Assembly (NCBI GenBank): GCA_002269645.1
Contig: NIVC01003039.1
Span: forward strand, 59,683-123,682
DNA length: 64,000 nt
Direction: 5' to 3'
Origin: Macrostomum lignano
Lineage: Eukaryota
A model generated the notes under the pieces. The model was not told the origin of the DNA. It worked only from the letters and a program-made list of their open reading frames with translations, and did no database searches. Both the position numbers and the translations under genes were made by a program. Positions 1-10,424 of the stretch are shown here, piece after piece (position 1 is the stretch's first letter; every line of letters begins with the position of its first letter).

Positions 1-3000
1 GGAGAAATGGCAGCGAACTCCGTCTGAACGGCTTAACGATAAACTGCGCAGCGAGGCTATGAACTTCAAGTGAGAATTTTTTCTCTTGTGAGATTCCTGC
101 GATGCTTTTTTAGTAAAGACTCGTAACTTTTTTCGTCTGATGCTTTTCCGTCAGAGGTGTGAGATTTCCTAAGAGCTACTATCAATTATGAGATTTCCTA
201 TGATATGCTATCAATTGTGAGATTTCCATGATGCTATTCAGTCTGAGGCGTGAGATTTCCCATGAGATGCTATTCAGTCTGAGGCTTGAGATTTCCCATA
301 AGATGCTATTCAGTCTGAGGCGTGAGATTTACCATGAGATGCTATTCAGTCTGAGGCGTGAGATTTCCCATGAGATGCTATTCAGTCTGAGGCGTGAGAT
401 TTACCATGAGATGCTATTCAGTCTGAGGCGTGAGATTTCCCATGAGATGCTATTCAGTCTGAGGCGTGAGATTTCCCATGAGATGCTATTCAGTCTGAGG
501 CGTGAGTTTTCCCATGAGATGCTATTCAGTCTGAGGAATGAGATTTCCCATGAGATGCTATTCAGTCTGAGGAATGAGATTTCCCGTGGGATGCAACTGT
601 CTGAGAGCGTGAGTCTGAGAGCGTGAGATTTTCCATGAGATTCTATTCAGTCTGTGGCGTGAGATTTCCCATGAGATTCTATTCAGTCTGAGAGCGTGAG
701 ATTTCCCATGAGCTGCAACTCAGTCTGAGAGCGTGAGATTTCCCGTGAGATGCTATTCAGTCTGAGGCGTGAGATTTCCCATGAGATGCTATTCAGTCTG
801 AGGCGTGAGATTTCCCATGAGATGCTATTCAGTCTGAGGCGTGAGTTTTCCCATGAGATGCTATTCAGTCTGAGGAATGAGATTTCCCATGAGATGCTAT
901 TCAGTCTGAGGAATGAGATTTCCCATGAGATGCTATTCAGTCTGAGGAATGAGATTTCCCATGAGATGCTATTCAGTCTGAGGAATGAGATTTCCCATGA
1001 GATGCTATTCAGTCTGAGGAATGAGATTTCCCATGGGATGCAACTGTCTGAGAGCGTGAGTCTGAGAGCGTGAGATTTTCCATGAGATTCTATTCAGTCT
1101 GTGGCGTGAGATTTCCCATGAGATTCTATTCAGTCTGAGAGCGTGAGATTTCCCATGAGCTGCAACTCAGTCTGAGAGCGTGAGATTTCCCGTGAGATGC
1201 TATTCAGTCTGAGGCGTGAGATTTCCCATGAGATGCTATTCAGTCTGAGGCGTGAGATTTCCCATGAGATGCTATTCAGTCTGAGAGCGTGAGATTTCCC
1301 ATGAGATCCTTCAGTCTGAGGAGTTGTATGCCTAAAACTGTCTAAATTTAAAAATACCAATTTTGTTGCTGCAATGCTACTAATATAGTAAACTAGGACA
1401 GTAGCTTAAAAGCGCATGTCCCGCTAAAAAACACACCCGCCAGGCAAATGCTGGAGAACGCGTCAAGCGCCGATCGCACTGTGCAACAGAAAATCGCCGA
1501 CAATTCCGAGGGTCTCACCGTACTGAGCGGCGGCGAATCCAAGATCAAAGCCGCCCTACCGACAGCCGGCGGCCAAGCTGCCAGCGGCGGCTCCGGCGGC
1601 GAAGCTTTGAAAGCTGACCTGCGCAAACTCTGCCAACAGGCCGAGTCGCTGAAAGGGGAGCGAACCGGACTGGAGAAGCAGCTGCAGGACGCCATGGCCA
1701 GCCAGCCGGACGGTCTGGCCACAGAATTAAGCAACGCCATGTCCGATAGCAGCGGCCAGGCCGACGTGTCCTCGCTTGTCAACGACAAAGTCAACGAGTT
1801 GCTCAGGCCGTTGAGGCAGAAAGTTGACGAACAGCTGCAACAGCAGGAGAGTCTTCTGGCTGAGGTGAGAGATGCGCGACCGGGACTTGTAGGGTTTGTT
1901 GCTTTTGAGCGCGAATTGCAAGTTGAATGCCTTAATTTGGGAAACCTGGGTGTGCTGAAAATTCCTAGTCTTTTATTCACTTAACTCCTAGCTCTGGATA
2001 TCCTAGCATCAGTCTAAATACCCTAGCACCACTCTAGACACGCTAGCACCACACAAGACACCCTAGTACCACTCTAGACACCCTAGCACCACTCTAGACA
2101 CCCTAGTACCACTCTAGACACCCTAGTACCACTCTAGACACCCTAGTACCACTCTAGACACCCTAGCATCACTCTAGACACCCTAGCACCACTCTAGACA
2201 CCCTAGTACCACTCTAGACACCCTAGTACCACTCTAGACACCCTAGTACCACTCTAGACACCCTAGCATCACTCTAGACACCCTAGCACCACTCTAGACA
2301 CCCTAGTACCACTCTAGACACCCTAGTACCACTCTAGACACCCTAGTACCACTCTAGACACCCTAGCATCACTCTAGACACCCTAGCACCACTCTAGACA
2401 CCCTAGTACCACTCTAGACACCCTAGTACCACTCTAGACACCCTAGTACCACTCTAGACACGCTAGCACCACACAAGACACCCTAGTACCACTCTAGACA
2501 CCCTAGCACCACTCTAGACACCCTAGTACCACTCTAGACACCCTAGTACCACTCTAGACACCCTAGTACCACTCTAGACACCCTAGCATCACTCTAGACA
2601 CCCTAGTACCACTCTAGACACCCTAGTACCACTCTAGACACCCTAGTACCACTCTAGACACCCTAGCATCACTCTAGACACCCTAGCACCACTCTAGACA
2701 CCCTAGTACCACTCTAGACACCCTAGTACCACTCTAGACACCCTAGTACCACTCTAGACACCCTAGCATCACTCTAGACACTCTAGCACCACTCTAGATA
2801 CCTTAGTACCACTCTAGACACCCTAGTACCACTCTAGACACCCTAGCACCACTCTAGATACCCTAGTACCACTCTAGACACCCTAGTACCACTCTAGACA
2901 CGCTAGAATCACTATAGACACCCTAGCACCACTCTAGATACCCTAGTACCACTCTAGACACCCTAGTACCACTCTAGACACCCTAGCACCACTCTAGACA

Positions 3001-4887
3001 CCCCAGCATCACTCTAGACACCCTAGCACCACTCTAGATACCCTAGCACCACTCTAGACACCCTAGCACCACTCTAGATACCCTAGCATCACTCTAGACA
3101 CCCTAGCACCACTCTAGATACCCTAGTACCACTCTAGACACTCTAGTACCACTCTAGACACCCTAGAACCACTCTAGACACCCTAGTACCACTCTAGACA
3201 CCCTAGTACCACTCTAGACACCCTAGTACCACTCTAGACACCCTAGCATCACTCTAGACACCCTAGCATCAGTCTAAACGTACCCGCTGCTCCCGCCAGG
3301 TGCAATCAAAGAACACGGAGTGGAGCGGCGGCTCGCAGAGCACAGCAGGCAGCCGGCAGGCCTGGCTCACAAAGCTCGGCAAAGCCTACGACGCGTTCAT
3401 TGAAGTGCTTGGCAATTTGAAAGAAGGCCAGAAGTTCTACTCCGACCTGACCGAAGTGCTGCTAAAGCACCAGAGTCGAGTCAGCGATTTCTGTTTCGCT
3501 CGTAAAACAGAAAAAGACGAATTGATGCGCGATTTGCAGTCGGCCATCGCCAGGCAGCAGCCAGCTCAGTCCGCGCCGTCTGCCCCGGCCTTTCATGCCA
3601 CCACCGCCGGCACTGGACAGGTGAAAAATTATGTGCCTGTGCTTTTTTAGATTGTAAATCGTACAGGTAGATTCTCACAGGGTGTACAGCGGGCTTGACT
3701 TTTATCGTCAGACATGTACATTCTGCTTTAGATATTGGCTTTACAGGCACGAAATCGTGTACAAAATTGAAAAGCCCATATGTAGTCCAGATTCTATATC
3801 TTAGAGATTCAGTAATCCATGAGCAGCTTCCAGTCTAGATTCTATATCTTAGAGATTCAGTAATCCATGAGCAGCTTCCAGTCTAGATTCTATATCTTAG
3901 AGATTCAGTAATCCATGAGCAGCTTCCAGTCTAGATTCTATATCTTAGAGATTCAGTAATCCATGAGCAGCTTCCAGTCTAGATTCTATATCTTAGAGAT
4001 TCAGTAATCCATGAGCAGCTTCCAGTCTGTATTATATATCTTAGAGATTCAGTAATCCATGAGCAGCTTCCAGTCTAGATTCTATATCTTAGAGATTCAG
4101 TAATCCATGAGCAGCTTCCAGTCTGTATTATATATCTTAGAGATTCAGTAATCCATGAGCAGCTTCCAGTCCAGATTCTATATCTTAGAGATTCAGTAAT
4201 CCATGAGCAGCTTCCAGTCTAGATTCTATATCTTAGAGATTCAGTAATCCATGAGCAGCTTCCAGTCTAGATTCTATATCTTAGAGATTCAGTAATCCAT
4301 GAGCAGCTTCCAGTCCAGATTCTATATCTTAGAGATTCAGTAATCCATGAGCAGCTTCCAGTCCAGATTCTATATCTTAGAGATTCAGTAATCCATGAGC
4401 AGCTTCCAGTCCAGATTCTATATCTTAGAGATTCAGTAATCCATGAGCAGTTTCCAGTCTAGATTCTATTGTCTAAAATATTAGTAATCCATGAGAATCT
4501 TCCAGTCCAGATTCCTCAATTGTTTGAAATTGTGCGCACGTATTTAATTTGCTACAGGAGCAACAGCAACCGCAACAGCAGCAGCAGCCGCCGCCGCGCC
4601 CTCCGCCGCCATCGGTGCCGGCCTACAGCCAGCAGCAGCCGCAGCCGCAGCAGCCGCCAATGCCCGGCTACCCGATGTACCCGCCCTACTCCGGAGCTCC
4701 CGGCGGCGGCTACCCGCCAGCTTACCAGCCGCCAGCCCCGGGCTACCCGCCCGGCTATCCGCAGCAGCCGCCAATGCCCAGCTATCCAGGCTATCCCGGA
4801 TATCCGGCTTACCCCGGGGCTAATCCCTATCCGACTTATCCCGGCTACCCGGCCTATCCGGGCTATCCGCAGCAGCCGCCGCGTTAA
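1..4887 (+). CDS. PDCD6IP: ALIX / programmed cell death 6-interacting protein, 3' part (V domain plus Pro/Tyr-rich tail); 5' end lies outside the window
   Basis: Exons <1-69, 1444-1864, 3300-3620, 4558-4887 (stop TAA), all GT-AG and in phase. Translation includes EKWQRTPSERLNDKLRSEAMNFK, AYDAFIEVLGNLKEGQKFYSDLTEVL..FARKTEKDELMRDLQSAIAR, a PSAP motif, PPPRPPPP and a YPTYPGYP tail. These match ALIX family sequences as I recall them. Confidence 0.95.
160..1320. repeat. 36-bp minisatellite (GTCTGAGGCGTGAGATTTCCCATGAGATGCTATTCA) in an ALIX intron
   Basis: Tandem units visible directly. An internal variant block (ATGCAACTGTCTGAGAGC) recurs at 591 and 1038. Confidence 0.95.
2002..3278. repeat. 20-bp minisatellite A (CCCTAGTACCACTCTAGACA) in an ALIX intron
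   Basis: About 63 tandem units, ending about 20 bp before the acceptor AG at 3298-3299. Confidence 0.97.
3784..4514. repeat. 48-bp minisatellite (TTCCAGTCTAGATTCTATATCTTAGAGATTCAGTAATCCATGAGCAGC) in the last ALIX intron
   Basis: Period 48 (e.g. 3791 to 3839), about 15 copies. Confidence 0.96.
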
Positions 4888-6265
4888 AAGAAAAACAGCA
4901 AAGCCGGAAACTTTACTGTTTTTTTCAACTCTGTAGGGTTGGTTTGAATATTTTTATTGACTAATATTGATTTTTCTAAGAAACTTCAAACTTGATCGAT
5001 TTTTTGCTGCGGTGTTTTTAATTCCCATTTAAGGCTTTATAGAAAAAAAACTGAAGAAAGAACCAACTGTGGCTTTAGATAGCAGAAATGTACACACACA
5101 CAGAATTAATAAATACCCTATGTATTTGTGTTATTTATTGACCCCCACCCCCTGTTTTGTTATTTTTCGCCCCGAGCAGTACTAAGTAAGCTGTGAGACT
5201 ATAAATAATTAAGCTCATTGGTATAAACCATCAGCTAGAATGCGTCACCGAATGTTAACCTATTTTTTCATGCACTTGTCATTTATACAATTAGAAATTA
5301 AAAATCAATACGTTTCCCTACTCATACTGTTGTACTTTTCTCATTGCAAATCTTTAAGATTGTTTTTTTTAAACCCCAGCATAAAAAATATTAAATTGCT
5401 GTCTAATTTACCATCAGATTGTTTGTCCCTATAAACCTGCTAATGCTACTTACTCTATTTGTAACGTAAGTAGTAAGTAAACCTAGAAAATGACAGAAAC
5501 TTTATATTTAAAAATTTCTGAAGCAAGTTTTTCAACAAGCCGATTATTTTCTTAATCGTTTAAAATTCAAAATATTGTCCATTTTTGTTATTCCAGTTTT
5601 CGTTCCAGAACAGATGCCGCTTGGAGGTGTACAATTGTTAAACTTTCTGGTGTTTTCTCGCTCGTATGCATAAACTAATAGCTAAGGCACTAAAATATTC
5701 AGATTTACCTTCAAATAAATATTTATCTTTATGTTTATTTTAAACTGCTATCTATCTTCGTTCTCTAAACGTTCACTATAGCCATCGTAAAGACGAAATG
5801 ATTCTTTTGTTATTGTCTTCTCAGATTATTGTTTAATAATTAAACAAATTTAATAACAAAGAAGAAATTTGTATCCTGGTTGGATTAGTGCAAGCATTAA
5901 CATCAATCTCGAGCTAGATAATAAATATATAATTAGACACTTTATGTGCGGGCGATATATATAGTAATAAAATAATTTACTATTAATCCTCAGAGCTAAA
6001 AATATTGTATTGAAAAACACATTTGCTTGAAAACTAATAACTTTTTACTGCTTTCAAACCGGCATAAACGGTCAAAAGACCACGGTTGCTTGTTAGTAGT
6101 ATATACAGAATAATTTTCATGTAACGGACATATCTGCTTCACAAACCAAATTCAGAAGTCCTGGATTAACTAATAAATTAACTTGATAAAAATCAATACA
6201 TTCATTGTCAAATTAGCACGGTCTTTAACTGTTATGCCGTGAAAGCTGTCCAGAATTTTTTAGTC

Positions 6266-6498
6266 ATTTCTTGAGTTTATCTTTCGATTGTCTCTGGTTT
6301 CTCTTACGACTCTTCCTCTGTCTTGTTAACTCTTATCTCTCTCCCCTGCTGCCCTCTGATTGGCTCTTCAATCTCGCCTCTTTCCTCTACTGCGTTGAAA
6401 GAGCCAATAAGAAGGCAGCAAGGGAGAGAGATAAGAATAAGACTGAACCAGACAGAGGGAGAGAAAAACACAGACGAGGACAGATGAACTCAAGAAAT
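6266..6498. repeat. Imperfect inverted repeat (hairpin or MITE-like)
   Basis: ATTTCTTGAGTTTATCT (6266-6282) pairs with AGATGAACTCAAGAAAT (6482-6498). Inner arms TCTTATCTCTCTCCCCTGCTGCCCTCTGATTGGCTCTTC and GAAAGAGCCAATAAGAAGGCAGCAAGGGAGAGAGATAAGA also pair. Confidence 0.7.
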
Positions 6499-7353
6499 AA
6501 AAAGATTCGCGGCGTATACAACAAAAACTACTCAAGAAAATATTGTTTTGCCTATAGCGATGGAATGGAAAAATTGAAAAAAAACTTTTGGATACAAACG
6601 ATTCGTTAAAAAAACAACGCAACAACAAAAACAAAAAAACTGCAGGAAAATAAAAAGTTCGCACATGTACTTTTGTTAAACGTAAAAAAGTTCAAATCTG
6701 AATAAGAAACTTGTCGAACAAAAACAACATTCAGCAAAGTGTTACTATAAAGTGACGTTTGAAGTGTCTGAACAATTCACTGAAGCATTCGGGTCAGTGT
6801 AGAGGCAGAGAATAACAAACAATTTGAAGCTAATTTTTTATATAAAATTGAAATAACTTCGACCTTAACTGGGATATCACAATGCAATCAAATGGGAACG
6901 CTAGCCATTATTAAATTAGACTAGAACCAGTGCGCCTATGCTAAATTCAAGTCAATCCTATCATTAAAATGAAAATCTGCAAACATCGACTATCATTTTG
7001 CTTTACTTACGTATTTGAAACTAACATATTACATATAAATAACGTTAAGTTTAACTGGTGTAAATTGCAAATAGTAATTATAATTTAAATTAATTATAAT
7101 AGTGTAACACTATAATAAATACATTAATTTAAACAACAATTAAAGAAATTATAATGGTTAATACACAACACTACAAGTATTAGACGCAGCTGACATTATA
7201 TAATGATTCATACAAAAACCTACTTTAGTTGTAATAAGAGACGCGTTATGAGCCAAAGGTGGTAAATGACCCTCCTGTCAATTGGCACCCAGCTAAGGAC
7301 CTGGGAACCACGCTGTTAATTGTTCCTCTGTAAACTGTTTTACAAGTAGATAT

Positions 7354-8570
7354 ACCCTGGCATCCCTCTAGATACCATGACATCCCTCTAGATACCCTGA
7401 CATCCCTCTAGATACCCTGACATCCCTCTAGATACCCTGACATCCCTCTAGATACCCTGACATCCCTCTAGATACCCTGGCATCCCTCTAGATACCCTGA
7501 CATCTCTCTAAATACCCTGACGTCCCTCTAGATACCCTGACATCCCTCTAGATACCCTGGCATCCCTCTAGATACCCTGGCATCCCTCTAGATACCCTGA
7601 CATCCCTCTAGATACCCTGACATCCCTCTAGATACCCTGACATCCCTCTAGATACTCTGAAATCCCTCTAGATACCCTGACATCCCTCGAGATACTCTGA
7701 CATCCCTCTAGATACTCTGACATCTCTCTAGATACCATGACATCCCTCTAGATACTCTGACATCTCTCTGATACCATGACATCCCTCTAGATACCCTGAC
7801 ATCCCTCTAGATACCCTGACATCCCTCTAGATACCCTGACATCCCTCTAGATACCCTGACATCCCTCTAGATACCCTGACATCTCTCTAAATACCCTGAC
7901 GTCCCTCTAGATACCCTGACATCCCTCTAGATACTCTGACATCTCTCTAGATACCCTGACATCCCTCTAGATACCCTGACATCCCTCTAGATACCCTGAC
8001 ATCCCTCTAGATACCCTGACATCTCTCTAAATACCCTGACGTCCCACTAGATACCTGACATCCCTCTAGATACTCTGACATACCTCTAGATACCCTGACA
8101 TCCCTCTAGATACTCTGACATCTCTCTAGATACCATGACATCCCTCTAGATACTCTGACATCTCTCTGATACCATGACATCCCTCTAGATACCCTGACAT
8201 CCCTCTAGATACCCTGACATCCCTCTAGATACCCTGACATCCCTCTAGATACCCTGACATCCCTCTAGATACCCTGACATCTCTCTAAATACCCTGACGT
8301 CCCTCTAGATACCTGACATCCCTCTAGATACTCTGACATACCTCTAGATACCCTGACATCCCTCTAGATACTCTGACATCCCTCTAGATACCCTGGCATC
8401 TCTCTAGATACTCTGACATCCCTCTAGATACCCTGACATCCCTCTAGATACTCTGACATCCCTCTAGATACTCTGACATCCCACCAGATACCATGATATC
8501 CCTCTAGATACCATGATATCCCTCTAGATACCATGATATCCCTCTAGATACCCCAGCGTCCCTCTACGAT
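7354..8570. repeat. 20-bp minisatellite B (CCCTGACATCCCTCTAGATA) downstream of PIS
   Basis: About 60 tandem units. Confidence 0.96.
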
Positions 8571-8743
8571 ACCTTAAAATCCTAGATAACTGGAAGCTCT
8601 GGCAAAGACCCAGTTACATTTCTAATAGCTGCAGAAAGCAAATCATTCTATCCAGACGAAACCTAATCATTAATCGAATGACGCGACGTTAATTAACAAA
8701 AAAAGAGTTCAGCAAACACTTTAAATGTCCAATTCAATCCAAA

Positions 8744-9424
8744 TCACTCTCGCTTGTTAGCGCCAGCGGCCTGCTCGGCTCTCTCCTTGGTATCCAAGGC
8801 GGCCATGTTGACGCTGGCAACGTAGAGATGCACAGCGCTAATAGCGCTTTTAACCGCCGCCACGGGAAAGGTGAGAGCGGCTAGCGTTGGCACGAGGCCA
8901 AAGCCTAGCAGTATTGGTCCCCTAGTGAAGTGCATCACGTACAGAGCAGCATAGAACAGCTCATTACCGGCGCACATGCAGAATAGCACAACCCGACTAT
9001 TGTAATAATAATATAGAATCGGATTAGAGCTCAAATCCACCGCCTTATGACTCTGAGCACCGCGCACAATAGACGAATGCAGATGCAGCCAATGGCTGGC
9101 AATGTCCAGTGCGGCGCTTAATTGAAACGCCAGCATATATCTGGGATAGAACTGGGCTAGCACGAATAGCAGGCACATTGTGGCGCACCTGTCAGTCAGC
9201 ATGTCCAGCATAGCGCCGAATTTAGTAGACTGATTCAGCAGTCTGGCCGCGTGGCCATCGAATGCGTCTAGCAGGCCGGATAGCAGATAGGCCCACGTGG
9301 CCCTCACGTGGTCGAATGGCATGTAATAGCAGGCCAGTATGGCTAACAGGATTCTGGCGTAGCCAATCAGATTGGGCACGAATAGGAATACATTCTGTTC
9401 CGAATAGTTTGACGAGCTTAGCAT
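8744..9424 (-). CDS. CDIPT: CDP-diacylglycerol--inositol 3-phosphatidyltransferase (phosphatidylinositol synthase), single coding exon, 226 aa
   Basis: VFLFVPNLIGYARI start, the CDP-alcohol phosphotransferase motif LLDAFDGHAARLLNQSTKFGAMLDMLTDR, LDIASHWLH and CAGNELFY are all typical of PIS. Confidence 0.96.
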   Translation of the reverse strand: MLSSSNYSEQNVFLFVPNLIGYARILLAILACYYMPFDHVRATWAYLLSGLLDAFDGHAARLLNQSTKFGAMLDMLTDRCATMCLLFVLAQFYPRYMLAFQLSAALDIASHWLHLHSSIVRGAQSHKAVDLSSNPILYYYYNSRVVLFCMCAGNELFYAALYVMHFTRGPILLGFGLVPTLAALTFPVAAVKSAISAVHLYVASVNMAALDTKERAEQAAGANKRE

Positions 9425-9554
9425 GGTTACAGTTGGTTGATTGCAAGCATAAATTTGCCGTTAGGTAATGAGTTTGCGCCTGATGCACTGCATTTCACTG
9501 CTAATCACTCAGATTTCTACTATTTGTAGCGATTCGATATCCATCTTTTTGGTC

Positions 9555-9835
9555 TGTTGTGGATTCTTCTATCTTTTGTGGATTCTTGTTGGGCTGTTGT
9601 GGATTTTTGTTGGTCTAATGTGGATTCTTATCTATCTGTTGTGGATTCTTGTTGGTCTGTTGTTAATTCTTATCTATCTGTTGTGGATTCTTGTTGGTTT
9701 GTGGTGGATTTTTCTTGGTCTAATGTGGATTCTTATCTTATCTGTTGCAGATTCTTGTTGGTCTGTTGTGAATTATTGTTTATCTGTTGTGGATTCTTGT
9801 TGGCCGGTCTGTTGTGGAATCTTGTTTATCTGTTG
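9555..9835. repeat. Degenerate ~21-bp repeat (CTGTTGTGGATTCTTGTTGGT) between PGAP2 and PIS
   Basis: Recurrent TGTGGATTCTT units. Confidence 0.75.
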
Positions 9836-10424
9836 TGCATTTTTTCTCCTTTCTTGGTGGTCTTTTGTTGAATCTGACGTTCTGTCGTGACATTTGTGGC
9901 TTGTATTTCCAAAGCTCATCCCTAAACAAGAGTACAGTGATGCTACTTACAAAAAATCAGACATTCTGCAACAGTTTTATAAGTATATTATTTGTGTATG
10001 CATTTATACTCGTATATATCTCGTACTTTCTTATTCAGAAAGTTTGCAAGGCATTTTCCACTGCCGCTCTCACAGGAGGGCCCGTTAAACAAAGAAAACG
10101 TGTTGCAATATCACGGATATCGACGAACAGCAGAAATTAATTGCGTCAAATTTTTTGTCAAATTAGATGCTCCACAACAAACAGAATGCTCGAAGTAAGA
10201 AACTTTTTTTGGGTCGAAAGCAAATAAAAGTCTCTACTTGCTACTCACAGTAAGAAACAAATGCAGCAATTGTCAAATTCAACTATCAATAAATTTTACA
10301 TTGTGAACATATTCGACTACATTGCAGCATTTTGAAGACTAATAAAAGAGTCAATACATATCACAGTACGCAGACACGCGCACCAAGTCCCGAGACTAAA
10401 ACTCATTAGTTCATGCCAAGTTCC

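Noticed and set aside
228-1360. ORFs with MLFSLRREISHE repeats
   Set aside because: These are translations of the 36-bp intronic minisatellite. The flanking ALIX exons splice in phase across it.
9468-9890. Hydrophobic 140-aa ORF that looks like a membrane protein
   Set aside because: It derives from the degenerate TGTGGATTCTT repeat.
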